A stretch of DNA of 55,460 bases from Ktedonobacterales bacterium (lineage in GTDB: Bacteria; Chloroflexota; Ktedonobacteria; Ktedonobacterales; JADMIN01): assembly GCA_036258195.1 (NCBI GenBank), contig DATAED010000164.1:1-55460 (forward strand). Reading direction: 5' to 3'. Made by a program: the position numbers and the translations under genes. Below, piece by piece: positions 28,058 through 37,540 of the stretch. The notes beneath the pieces are model-generated. The model was not told the DNA's origin, did not search any database, and saw only the letters and a program-made list of their open reading frames with translations. Each line of letters starts with the position of its first letter. Position 1 is the first letter of the stretch.

Positions 28058-29968
28058 ATGATGCATGGCATGGGTGGTGGGGCTGGGCGCTATCGTCGGC
28101 TGATGAAGACATCGAGCTTCGATGAGACGCCGACGCGCAAGGCCGATTCGCGCACAGTTCGCCGTGTGGCGGCGTCGTTCAAGCCGTATACGCGCGAAGT
28201 GGCTGTCGTGCTGGGCGCCATCGCGCTGGTGAGCGTGCTGGGGCTGGTCAACCCCTACATGCTCAAGTTCTCCATCTCGATTGGCTTCGGCCAGGCAAAC
28301 TTCGGGGCGTTGTCGCTCTTCGTCGCCGTCATGATCGTGACGCCGCTCATCAGCAGCTTGATCGGCGTTGGGCAGACGTACCTCAATACGCGCGTGGGCC
28401 AGCATGTCATGCGCGATCTGCGAAATCAACTGTACGCGCACCTCCAGAACATGCCGCTCAAGTTCTTCACCGACACACGCACGGGCGAGATACAGTCGCG
28501 TATCTCGAATGACATCGGCGGCGTGCAGAGCGTGCTGACCGATACGGCGACCTCGACCGTCTCGAACGTGACGACTGTGCTGGCGACGGTGGTTGGCCTG
28601 CTGGCGCTGAACTGGCAGTTGACGCTGCTCTCGCTGGCGCTCGTCCCGCTCTTCATCTTCCTGACCTATCGCGTGGGCAACGTGCGGCGCGAGATCTCGA
28701 AGAACACGCAGAAGTCGCTGGCCGAGATGACGGCGGTGGTCGAGGAGACGCTCTCAGTCAGCGGCGTGCTGCTGGCGAAGGTCTTTGGGCGGCAGCGCCA
28801 CGAGATTCAGCGCTTCAACGGCGAGAATGACCGTTACGTGGCCCTCCAGATCAGGCAGCAGATGGTGGGCCGCTGGTTCATGATGTTCATCTCCACGTTC
28901 TTCTCGATTCTGCCGGCGCTGGTTTATCTGCTGATGGGCTACATGCTCTTTGGCCAGGGACAACATCCAACGCAGAAGACGATCACTGAGACCGTTGGTA
29001 CGCTGGTGGCCTTCACGACGCTTCAGACCCGGCTATACTTCCCGATTGGCCAGTTGCTGAGCGTGCAGATAGAGATTCAGGGGGCGCTGGCGCTCTTCGA
29101 CCGCATCTTCGAGTATCTGGACATGAAGAATGATCTGGTGGAGAAGCCAGACGCCATCAGCCTCGATCCGCACACGTCACGCGGCGAGGTGGTCATGGAT
29201 GGCGTGACCTTCCGCTATCGCGAGGATCTGGAGCGCCCTACACTCGAAGGGGTCTCGTTCACGATGCAGCCTGGCACGCTAACGGCGCTGGTGGGGCCGA
29301 GCGGCGCGGGCAAGACGACCATCACCTATCTGCTGCCACGACTCTACGATGTGGAGAGCGGCGCGGTGCGCATAGACGGCCACGATGTGCGCGACCTGAC
29401 GCTGGAATCGCTAGGCGCGATGATCGGTGTCGTCACGCAGGAGACGTATCTTTTCCACTCGACCATCCGCGAGAACCTGCTCTACGGTCGCCCGGATGCG
29501 ACCGAAGACGAGTTGATCGCGGCGGCCAAGGCAGCGGCCATCCATGACCGCATCGTGGAGCTGTCGGAGGGCTACGATACCGTCGTGGGCGAGCGGGGCT
29601 ATAAGCTCTCCGGCGGGGAGAAGCAGCGCATCGCCATCGCGCGGGTGATCTTGAAGGATCCGCGCGTGTTGATTCTGGACGAAGCTACCAGCGCGCTCGA
29701 TACGCACTCCGAGCGGCTGATCCAGGCGGCGCTGGAGCGGCTCATGCAGGGCCGCACGACCATCGCCATCGCGCACCGCCTCTCGACCATTCTGGCGGCT
29801 GACCAGATTCTGGTGATTGATCATGGGCAGATCGTGGAGCGCGGCACACACACTGAGCTGTTGGAGCAAGGCGGCCTCTATGCGCGGCTCTACAACGAGC
29901 AGTTCGCCAGCGCCGCCGAAGTGGCCGAGCTGAGCGCGCTGGATGAGCTGGCCGCCGTGAACGAGTAG
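28058..29968 (+). CDS. ABC exporter, fused permease/ATPase (MsbA/ABCB type)
   Basis: Six-TM N-terminal domain, Walker A GPSGAGKTT, signature LSGGEKQR, Walker B LILDEATSALD, and an H-loop. Confidence 0.92.
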   Translation: MMHGMGGGAGRYRRLMKTSSFDETPTRKADSRTVRRVAASFKPYTREVAVVLGAIALVSVLGLVNPYMLKFSISIGFGQANFGALSLFVAVMIVTPLISSLIGVGQTYLNTRVGQHVMRDLRNQLYAHLQNMPLKFFTDTRTGEIQSRISNDIGGVQSVLTDTATSTVSNVTTVLATVVGLLALNWQLTLLSLALVPLFIFLTYRVGNVRREISKNTQKSLAEMTAVVEETLSVSGVLLAKVFGRQRHEIQRFNGENDRYVALQIRQQMVGRWFMMFISTFFSILPALVYLLMGYMLFGQGQHPTQKTITETVGTLVAFTTLQTRLYFPIGQLLSVQIEIQGALALFDRIFEYLDMKNDLVEKPDAISLDPHTSRGEVVMDGVTFRYREDLERPTLEGVSFTMQPGTLTALVGPSGAGKTTITYLLPRLYDVESGAVRIDGHDVRDLTLESLGAMIGVVTQETYLFHSTIRENLLYGRPDATEDELIAAAKAAAIHDRIVELSEGYDTVVGERGYKLSGGEKQRIAIARVILKDPRVLILDEATSALDTHSERLIQAALERLMQGRTTIAIAHRLSTILAADQILVIDHGQIVERGTHTELLEQGGLYARLYNEQFASAAEVAELSALDELAAVNE

Positions 29969-29974
29969 GGGAAC

Positions 29975-30018
29975 GACCTCACCCCCTCAGCCCCCTCTCC
30001 CACGGGGAGAGGGGGATT
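29975..30018. repeat. REP-like intergenic hairpin element, copy 1
   Basis: GACCTCACCCCC leader followed by CCCCCTCTCCC-ACG-GGGAGAGGGGG (perfect 11-bp stem). A related copy lies at 47889-47930. Confidence 0.6.
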
Positions 30019-30037
30019 ATAGCGGTGTTGAAAGGCC

Positions 30038-31216
30038 TTGAAAGTGTTTGATGAACTCGATCAGGTTCCCTGGTCAACCTTGGAGCATGCCTATGGCGAT
30101 GCCGGCGACATTCCCGATCTCATTCGCGCATTAGTTTCTAGCGATCCCGACGAGCGGGAGCAAGCGCAAGACATGCTTGACATGGGGCCGTTTCATCAGG
30201 AATCGCTGTACAGTTGCACGCCCTTTGTTGTGCGCTGCCTGATGCAGTTAGCGCAGGAACCGGACATGTATGACAAGCCCTGGCTCCTGCAATATATCTC
30301 TCGTGTCTTGGCATCGGCTCTCTATCACCTGCCTGATCCCGAAATGCTAGTGTTGGCTCCGGAAGAACTGTTGCTGGAGCCAGAAGAAATGTATGCCAAG
30401 CAGATAGTGTTGGAAATCCAACCCCGCCTGCGTCAATTGCTGCGCCTCATTTATGACTCCGATGCTCTCGTGCGCTTGGCTGCCCTGAGACTCCTGGTTA
30501 TGATGGACGCAGACCTACCAGATTTGGGTAGGGTATTGTCAGATCGGCTCGCAGCCGAAACTGAGGCGCAAATTCGCAGCGCATTGACGTTCTGTTTGGG
30601 GCTTTTGGCGGATCGCGACATGTTAGCGCGGATAGTAGAGACACTAGGCGATGTAACGGAGTCCCTGCTGGTACGAATTGCTGCTGGATTCAGCGTCATC
30701 GCAGTCTCAAATGAGCGTCTCCCAGACAACGTTGTCGCATCGTTCTGTGCTGTGATTGCAGACAATTACGATGCACTTGATGACTTCGAGGACGTGTATG
30801 CAGAGTACCTTACTCCATTGGGGGCTCCGCGAGGAAAAGATCGCCTGTTAGAGTGTTTGCCTAATAACTTGTCCACTCATCAGAAGAACCAGATCATTCT
30901 CGCGTTACAGCATATCTATGCTCAATTGCCTACATCTGCCTCTGTTGGAATACGCATCGGTAGTGGATACTACTTAAACACTATGGTGCGTTTGGCGTTT
31001 CCGCAGGGCAAACTCGCTCCTGAAACAACCATACACGATTTAACTGACACGCAACGTGGCATTCTGGAGGCGTTTCAAAAGTACGATATGCCAGCGGTCA
31101 GTTGGAACGTGTATCACTCCAGTGACTACCGAACGGTATTAGGATTTAGCTTCCGGAGCGAAACTGATTTCCTCGACTTCATGTCTGGCAAGCGCTCTGC
31201 CCGCGAAACGAAATAA
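30038..31216 (+). CDS. Hypothetical HEAT/ARM-like helical repeat protein in a low-GC segment
   Basis: The N-terminus VPWSTLEHAYGDAGDIPDLIRALVSSDPDEREQA resembles a widespread uncharacterised HEAT-repeat family. The start is TTG at 30038 or GTG at 30044. GC is visibly lower than in the flanks. Confidence 0.7.
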   Translation: MKVFDELDQVPWSTLEHAYGDAGDIPDLIRALVSSDPDEREQAQDMLDMGPFHQESLYSCTPFVVRCLMQLAQEPDMYDKPWLLQYISRVLASALYHLPDPEMLVLAPEELLLEPEEMYAKQIVLEIQPRLRQLLRLIYDSDALVRLAALRLLVMMDADLPDLGRVLSDRLAAETEAQIRSALTFCLGLLADRDMLARIVETLGDVTESLLVRIAAGFSVIAVSNERLPDNVVASFCAVIADNYDALDDFEDVYAEYLTPLGAPRGKDRLLECLPNNLSTHQKNQIILALQHIYAQLPTSASVGIRIGSGYYLNTMVRLAFPQGKLAPETTIHDLTDTQRGILEAFQKYDMPAVSWNVYHSSDYRTVLGFSFRSETDFLDFMSGKRSARETK

Positions 31217-31237
31217 GCGCATGAAGTAGCAGAAGGT

Positions 31238-32248
31238 TCAAAACACCATCGGGGCAGTCCAGCTATAGACGCGGGGCTGCCCTTCTTCATGCTCGCTGGC
31301 GGGGTCAGGCTTGTCGTCGTCGGCGAGTGAGAGGCGCATGACAAGGTCGTCGTCTTCGGTGGGCAGGCCGATAGAGTTATAGAAGGCGCGGATGTCGGTC
31401 GCGTCGCCGCAGCCGACAGTGATGTAGGCAGCGCCCTGCGCGAAAGCACCGGGCAGGCGGCGGCGCTCGTCTTCCGTGGCGGCGCGGGCGAGCGCGGCGG
31501 CGACGTGATCGTCGGGCGCCACCAGCGGCCCCAGCCGGATGCCCTGCCATGGCTGATCGAGCCTGCGGGTCAGCGCAAAGCCGAGCGGCCGGCGCGCGGT
31601 GTCGCGGGCATCGTGGGCGATGTAGAGGTGATACGAATCCTGGGCAAGGAGCGCTCGCAGCAGTCCCGTGCGGTCGCCCCCGAAGGCGGCCAGATCAAGC
31701 GCGGCGACGCTGGCCAGCGCCTCGGCGGGCGCCTGCGCGGCGGTGATCGAGCCAGCCAGCGCTGCCAGCCGCTCCAGGCGCAGGTCGCGCAACGGCGCAT
31801 GTGCGTCCCACGAGACGGCGACATCCTCGAATCCCAGCCGACGGTAGAGCGGGCGTCCGGCGGGAGTGGCGTCGAGCCAGACGGCGCGGGCGCCCTGTGC
31901 GCGCTGCCAGGCGATGGCATGCGAGGTGAGCAGTTTGCCCAGCCCGCGCCGCTGGAACTCTGCTCGCACCGTTACATTGCCGATGACGCCCACCGGCCCA
32001 GCGACGATGGCGCTCGCGCTGGCGACGGGCAGGTCAGCGAATCCATCCGCTGTGACGCCCAGCGAACGAGCGCGCACGATGAAGACGCGCCCGCCCTCCC
32101 ACGCCAGCACACCGCGCAGCAGCGGATCACTGCGGAGCCAGCCCATCTCCACACGCAGGCGCGCGAGCGCTTCGATATCGGCGGGGGTGGCTGGTTCGAT
32201 GTGCGGGGCAGCGATCACGTAAACCTCCTGTGGGCGGCGCAGAGACAT
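31238..32248 (-). CDS. GNAT family N-acetyltransferase, tandem-domain
   Basis: FQRRGLGKLL acetyl-CoA motif and YRRLGF. The 336-aa length is consistent with two GNAT folds. Confidence 0.8.
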   Translation of the reverse strand: MSLRRPQEVYVIAAPHIEPATPADIEALARLRVEMGWLRSDPLLRGVLAWEGGRVFIVRARSLGVTADGFADLPVASASAIVAGPVGVIGNVTVRAEFQRRGLGKLLTSHAIAWQRAQGARAVWLDATPAGRPLYRRLGFEDVAVSWDAHAPLRDLRLERLAALAGSITAAQAPAEALASVAALDLAAFGGDRTGLLRALLAQDSYHLYIAHDARDTARRPLGFALTRRLDQPWQGIRLGPLVAPDDHVAAALARAATEDERRRLPGAFAQGAAYITVGCGDATDIRAFYNSIGLPTEDDDLVMRLSLADDDKPDPASEHEEGQPRVYSWTAPMVF

Positions 32249-32346
32249 ACTACCTTTGTTATACCATCGCCCATATGGGTTTGGCGCTGGCTACCCTGTA
32301 GCCCGCAAACGGCCATAGAATCTGGCTTTACGGCCTGTTTCTTCGA

Positions 32347-32376
32347 TTGACAGGCTTTCGGGGGCCATGTTACAGT
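32347..32376 (+). promoter_or_regulatory. Candidate nuo operon promoter (TTGACA-N18-TGtTACAGT)
   Basis: Consensus -35 at 32347-32352 and an extended -10 at 32368-32376, about 80 nt upstream of nuoA. Confidence 0.45.
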
Positions 32377-32457
32377 ATCAGATGGTATCTCAGTAGAACC
32401 ATTGTGACGACTCGCGGCGACGACATGCGCACACCACGCAGCGGGAGACGTTAACAT

Positions 32458-32811
32458 ATGCCAGAATCCGCTCCAGCGCTCATCTTGCTAGGGCTTGCGC
32501 TGCTCTTCGGGGTAGCGACCATCAGCGCGACGTTTGTGCTCGGCCCCAAGCGCCCGACCCCTGAAAAGCTGGCTCCGTATGAATGCGGCATCGAGGAGAT
32601 CGAGGCGCCGAAGCAGCGCTTTCCGGTGAAGTACCTCGTGACCGGCATGCTGTTCATCATCTTCGACGTGGAGGCGGCGTCAGTGCTGCCGCTGGCGGTC
32701 CTGATGCGCAAGCTGCAGGTGCTGGGCTTCGTTGAGTTGCTCGTCTTCGCCATCATCCTGGCCGTGCCGTTCATCTACATCTGGCGCAAGGGGGCCTTTT
32801 CATGGGAGTAG
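32458..32811 (+). CDS. nuoA: NADH-quinone oxidoreductase subunit A
   Basis: Three TM helices, a YECG motif, and first position in the operon. Confidence 0.92.
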   Translation: MPESAPALILLGLALLFGVATISATFVLGPKRPTPEKLAPYECGIEEIEAPKQRFPVKYLVTGMLFIIFDVEAASVLPLAVLMRKLQVLGFVELLVFAIILAVPFIYIWRKGAFSWE

Positions 32812-33425
32812 AGCCGGAGGCCGAGCCAACGGTCGCCAAGCCGAGTGTCAATCCTTGGGCGCCCGTGCAGTATTACAGCAATACGCAGGCGCCACGCCTG
32901 CCACGCGGACTGTCGCAGCCCGATGGTGGCAACATCCTGCTGACGCAGGTCAGCAAAGTGATCGACTGGGGGCGCAGCTCCTCGCTGTGGCCAGCCACGT
33001 TTGGTCTGGCGTGCTGCGCCATCGAGATGATGTCGGCCAGCGCCTCGCGATGGGACATCTCGCGGTTCGGGGCGGAGGTCTTCCGCGCCAGTCCGCGCCA
33101 GGCCGATCTGATGATCGTGGCGGGCCGCCTCTCGGTCAAGATGGCTCCCGTGCTACGGCGCATCTATGACCAGATGCCTGAGCCGAAATGGGTCATCGCG
33201 ATGGGCGCGTGCGCCGCGTGTGGCGGCGTCTTCAACAACTACGCCATTGTGCAGGGCGTGGATAAGGTCGTGCCGGTCGATATTTACGTGCCGGGTTGCC
33301 CGCCAACGCCAGATATGCTGCTGCATGGGCTGAACCTGCTGCAGGAAAAGATTCGCAACCACATACCCAATCCGCCCGACCCGCTCGATTATGCGGCGAC
33401 GCGCTACCTCGGCAGCGAGGACTAG
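32802..33425 (+). CDS. nuoB: NADH-quinone oxidoreductase subunit B
   Basis: GLACCAIEM, the C...GCPP N2 cluster cysteines, and DIYVPGCPP. Confidence 0.95.
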   Translation: MGVEPEAEPTVAKPSVNPWAPVQYYSNTQAPRLPRGLSQPDGGNILLTQVSKVIDWGRSSSLWPATFGLACCAIEMMSASASRWDISRFGAEVFRASPRQADLMIVAGRLSVKMAPVLRRIYDQMPEPKWVIAMGACAACGGVFNNYAIVQGVDKVVPVDIYVPGCPPTPDMLLHGLNLLQEKIRNHIPNPPDPLDYAATRYLGSED

Positions 33426-33469
33426 GCGCGGTGGTCGCGTGATCGGTCGAGAGGAGACAGGCGCAGGTT

Positions 33470-34126
33470 ATGGCAGACGAAGTACAAATTGAAGGCGCGC
33501 CGCTGCTGGCCACGCCAGTGAATCCGCTGGCCGAGGCGAGCGTGGCGCTGCTGACCGACCGCTTCGGCGCGGGCGTGCTGGCGGTGACGGAGCATCGTGG
33601 CGAGACGACGGTGACGCTCGATCCAGCGATCCTGGTGGAGGCATGCCGGGCGCTGCGCGATGCGCAGAATCTGCGCTACTCGCTGCTGGAGGACATCACA
33701 GCGGTCGATTGGCCGGAGCGTGAGCCGCGCTATGACATCGTTTATCAGCTCGTCTCCATCGAGACGCGCGCCTCGATCCGCCTGAAGGCGCAGATCGGCG
33801 GCGAGGTTGATCCCGACCCGGAGATCGCTTCGGTGATGAGCGTGTGGCCCGCCGCCGACTGGTTCGAGCTGGAGATTTACGACCTCTTCGGTGTCACGTT
33901 CACGGGGCGCGGCGAGATGCGGCGCATCCTGATGCCGACCGACTGGGACGGACATCCACTGCGCAAAGACTACCCGATTTCCGGGTTCTCGCTGCCTGAT
34001 CCACATTGGGGTGGACAGGCGCCGCTCGACCAGCCGCTGCCCCCCGGCATCGGCAAGCTGACCCTGCGCACTTCGGATGGCTCGGAGCAACCGAACATCG
34101 CCCAGCGCAGCGAGGACGACGCCTGA
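33470..34126 (+). CDS. nuoC: NADH-quinone oxidoreductase subunit C
   Basis: The 30-kDa subunit motifs ADWFELEIYDLFGV and HPLRKDYP. Confidence 0.93.
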   Translation: MADEVQIEGAPLLATPVNPLAEASVALLTDRFGAGVLAVTEHRGETTVTLDPAILVEACRALRDAQNLRYSLLEDITAVDWPEREPRYDIVYQLVSIETRASIRLKAQIGGEVDPDPEIASVMSVWPAADWFELEIYDLFGVTFTGRGEMRRILMPTDWDGHPLRKDYPISGFSLPDPHWGGQAPLDQPLPPGIGKLTLRTSDGSEQPNIAQRSEDDA

Positions 34127-34200
34127 GCGCGCCCAGAGCGCCAGGCGATGATGTGACGACTGCTCGATCGGTGTTACGCCGCTGGTAAGGTGATAGAGAC

Positions 34201-35439
34201 ATGCAGCTAGAAGACTCAGCGCGACCTGCTGCGCTGGAGGTCGAAGATAGCGTGCGCCTGGATGACCGGACGCGCCGCGACACCATGACGATCAATATGG
34301 GGCCGCAGCATCCGTCCACGCACGGCGTTTTGCGGCTCATCCTGACGCTCGACGGCGAGACCATCGTCAAAGCTGTGCCGGATATCGGCTATCTGCACAC
34401 AGGCATCGAGAAGACCGCCGAGGTCAAAAGCTACTTCAAGGCGCTGGTGGTCACCGACCGCATGGATTACCTGGCCCCGCTGGCCAACAACTATGGCTAC
34501 TCGCTGGCGGTGGAGAAGCTGCTGGGCATTGACGTGCCAGCCAAAGCCAGGATCGCGCGCATCGCGTTGGTGGAGCTGCAGCGCATCGCCAGCCATCTGG
34601 TATGGCTCGGCTCCAGTGCGCTCGACCTGGGCGCGCAGAGCGTCTTCCTCTACTGCTTCCGCGAGCGCGAGCTGATCCTCGACATCTTCGAGCTGTGCTC
34701 GGGCGTGCGCATGATGACGAGCTACATCATGCCGGGCGGCTTGCAGGCTGATCTGCCGCCGGGCTTCGACGCCAAGGTGCGCGCCTTCCTGAAGTTGTTC
34801 CCAGATCGCTTGCGTGAGTACCACGACCTGCTGACCAACAACCGGCTGTGGATCGACCGTACCAAGGGCATCGCGCCGATCTCTGGCGAGGATGCGCTGG
34901 CGTTTGGGTGCAGCGGGCCGACCCTGCGCGGCAGCGGCGTCGTCTACGACGTGCGCAAGGCGTTCCCGTATGGCGGCTACGAGCAGTTCGATTTTGACAT
35001 CCCGGTCGGCTCGAACGGCGATGTGTACGACCGCTACCTGATTCGCATGCTGGAGATGGAGCAGAGCCTGCGCATCATCCAGCAGGCGATGGATGCGCTG
35101 CCTACGGGCGCGTGGCAGGTGGCCGACCAAAAGATCGTACCGCCGCCCAAGTACGAAGTCTCGTCGAACATGGAGGCGCTGATTCACCACTTCAAGCTCT
35201 ATACGGAGGGCTATCGGCCACCGGCGGGCGAGGTGTGGGTGCGCACCGAGTCGCCGAAGGGCGACCTGGGCTTCTACATGGTCAGCGATGGCTCGGCGAA
35301 ACCTTATCGCATGCACGTTCGCGCGCCGTCGTTCGCCAACTTGCAGGCCCTGCCCAAGATGGTCGAGGGGATGCTGCTGGCCGACGTGGTCGCGGCGATT
35401 GGCAGCATCGATATCGTGCTGGGAGAGGTGGATCGCTGA
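34201..35439 (+). CDS. nuoD: NADH-quinone oxidoreductase subunit D
   Basis: NMGPQHPSTHGVLRL, and a C-terminal IDIVLGEVDR. Confidence 0.96.
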   Translation: MQLEDSARPAALEVEDSVRLDDRTRRDTMTINMGPQHPSTHGVLRLILTLDGETIVKAVPDIGYLHTGIEKTAEVKSYFKALVVTDRMDYLAPLANNYGYSLAVEKLLGIDVPAKARIARIALVELQRIASHLVWLGSSALDLGAQSVFLYCFRERELILDIFELCSGVRMMTSYIMPGGLQADLPPGFDAKVRAFLKLFPDRLREYHDLLTNNRLWIDRTKGIAPISGEDALAFGCSGPTLRGSGVVYDVRKAFPYGGYEQFDFDIPVGSNGDVYDRYLIRMLEMEQSLRIIQQAMDALPTGAWQVADQKIVPPPKYEVSSNMEALIHHFKLYTEGYRPPAGEVWVRTESPKGDLGFYMVSDGSAKPYRMHVRAPSFANLQALPKMVEGMLLADVVAAIGSIDIVLGEVDR

Positions 35440-36038
35440 TGGTGAGCGAAGCGTTGAAGGCGCAGATGCGCGAGATGGTGGCGCGCTATCCGCAGGCTCG
35501 CTCGGCGATGCTGCCCTGCCTGCATCTGGCGCAGGACGAGCTGGGCTATATCACCGATGAGGCGATTGCGGCGGTGGCCGAGGCCATTGGCGTCAAAACC
35601 GACGAGGTCGAGTCCGTCGTCACGTTCTATTCGATGTTCCATCAGGAGCCGAAGGGCAAGCGCATCATCAAGGTCTGCACCAGCGTCTCGTGCTACCTGA
35701 TGGGCTGCGACGCCGTTCTGGAGTCGCTGGAGCGCAAGCTGAGCATCAAGCGCGGCGAGACGACGCCCGATGGGCAGTTCACGCTGGAGGGCGTCGAGTG
35801 CCTGGCCGCCTGTGGCATGGCCCCGGCCATCCAGGTGAACGGCGAGTTTGTCGAGCAGGTGACGCCGCAGTCCGCTGAGAAGCTGGTGGACTATCTAGCG
35901 CAGGGCGGCTCGATGGAGCAGGTGCGCAACCGTTGGCGACCATTCAGCGATGTCGCTGGTATGGTGACGGAGACCACGATCGGCGGCGCTGCGCCATCTG
36001 CTGGCGATGGCATCTCCTCTACGAAGAAGGCGCAGTAG
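35439..36038 (+). CDS. nuoE: NADH-quinone oxidoreductase subunit E
   Basis: 2Fe-2S cysteines (C..SC...C...C..AC). The ATGA start/stop overlaps nuoD. The track ORF from 35112 is an in-frame upstream artefact. Confidence 0.92.
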   Translation: MVSEALKAQMREMVARYPQARSAMLPCLHLAQDELGYITDEAIAAVAEAIGVKTDEVESVVTFYSMFHQEPKGKRIIKVCTSVSCYLMGCDAVLESLERKLSIKRGETTPDGQFTLEGVECLAACGMAPAIQVNGEFVEQVTPQSAEKLVDYLAQGGSMEQVRNRWRPFSDVAGMVTETTIGGAAPSAGDGISSTKKAQ

Positions 36039-36041
36039 TAT

Positions 36042-37397
36042 ATGGCCGACACGATGGACACGCATTCTGAGCGCGCGCCGCTGCCGCTTGGCCCGACTCC
36101 GCGCTTCGTGACCGAGAACTTCGATGTACCCGATATCGACCAGATCGCGGTCTACCAGGCGCACGGCGGGTATGAGGCGCTCAAGAAGGCGCTTAAGACC
36201 TTCCAGCCTGATGCGCTGGTCGAAGAGGTCAAGAAGTCCGGCCTGCGTGGGCGCGGCGGCGCGGGATTCGCGACAGGCGTGAAGTGGGGCTTCCTGCCGA
36301 AGGAAAGCCCGAAGCCGCGCTACCTGTGCGTGAACGGCGACGAGAGCGAGCCTGGCACCTTCAAGGATCGCATGATCATGGAGGTCAGCCCGCACCTGCT
36401 GGTGGAGGGCGTCATCATCGCGTCCTACGCCACGAAAGTGCATCATGCGTTCATTTACGTTCGCGGCGAATTGCTGAAGGCGGGCTTGCAGGTCGAGCGC
36501 GCCGTGCGCGAGGCTGCGGAAGCTGGCTTCGTCGGCAAGGACATCCTGGGCAGCGGCTTCGACCTGTCGATCACGGTGCATCACGGCGCAGGCGCCTACA
36601 TCTGCGGCGAGGAGAGCGCGCTGCTGGAGTCGCTGGAGGGCAAGCGTGGCTATCCGCGACTGAAGCCGCCCTTCCCGGCGGTGGTGGGCCTCTACGGCGG
36701 GCCGACGGTCATCAACAACGTCGAGACCATCGCGACATTACCCGCGATCGCGCGCTACGGCGCCGATATCTACGCCGCATATGGCACGGAAAAGAGCAAA
36801 GGCACGCGCATCTTCTGTGTGAGCGGGCATGTCAACCGCCCCGGCAACTACGAGGCGCCGCTGGGTGTGCCGATGCGTACGCTGATCGAGGACTACGCTG
36901 GTGGCGTGCGTGACGGACGCGAGATCAAGGGCATCATTCCGGGCGGCTCATCCACGCCCATCCTCGGCGTCGACAAGCTCGACATACCGATGGATTACGA
37001 ATCAGTCGCGGCGGCTGGCTCGATGCTCGGTTCTGGCGGCGTCGTCGTGTTGGACGACCAGACGTGCATCGTGGCGGCGACACTGCGCATGTCGGAGTTC
37101 TACCGCGACGAGTCGTGCGGCAAATGCACACCCTGCCGTGAAGGGACGTTCTGGCTGGTACAGCTTCTGGAGCGACTGGAAGCGGGCGAGGGCAAAGAGA
37201 GCGACATCGACCTGCTACTCGACATCTGCGACAACATGTTCGGGAAGGTCTTCTGCCCGCTAGGCGATGCGGCGACGATGCCCATTGTTAGCAGCATCAA
37301 GCTCTTCCGCGATGAATACATCCACCATGTGCGCGAGCACGCCTGCCTGGTGGGGCCGGGCGCGCACCGCACACTGGCGGCGGCGCACGCACGCTAA
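36042..37397 (+). CDS. nuoF: NADH-quinone oxidoreductase subunit F
   Basis: FMN/NADH motifs GLRGRGGAGFATGVKW and GAGAYICGEESALLESLEG, plus the N3 cluster ESCGKCTPCREG. Confidence 0.97.
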   Translation: MADTMDTHSERAPLPLGPTPRFVTENFDVPDIDQIAVYQAHGGYEALKKALKTFQPDALVEEVKKSGLRGRGGAGFATGVKWGFLPKESPKPRYLCVNGDESEPGTFKDRMIMEVSPHLLVEGVIIASYATKVHHAFIYVRGELLKAGLQVERAVREAAEAGFVGKDILGSGFDLSITVHHGAGAYICGEESALLESLEGKRGYPRLKPPFPAVVGLYGGPTVINNVETIATLPAIARYGADIYAAYGTEKSKGTRIFCVSGHVNRPGNYEAPLGVPMRTLIEDYAGGVRDGREIKGIIPGGSSTPILGVDKLDIPMDYESVAAAGSMLGSGGVVVLDDQTCIVAATLRMSEFYRDESCGKCTPCREGTFWLVQLLERLEAGEGKESDIDLLLDICDNMFGKVFCPLGDAATMPIVSSIKLFRDEYIHHVREHACLVGPGAHRTLAAAHAR

Positions 37398-37540
37398 CCG
37401 GGAGCGCGATGGGCGCTGAACGGGCGGCGCTGTGACTACTCTGGCGTTCAAGGCGTTCTGGAGTGGGGGCGCCAGACTCCTGCGCGACCACAGCCCAGTC
37501 GTGGCGGTGGTGAGGCGACGGCTAGGCGAGAAAGCGAATC

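Noticed and set aside
35112-35438. 5' extension of the nuoE frame (track ORF 35112-36038). Likewise 41662-41781 for nuoJ, 14355-14447 for atpZ, 11862-12023 for the SDR, and 12221-12277 for DUF62.
   Set aside because: These in-frame upstream stretches overlap the preceding gene or lack an SD. Internal starts with good SDs or stop/start coupling (the ATGA overlap at 35439) are preferred.
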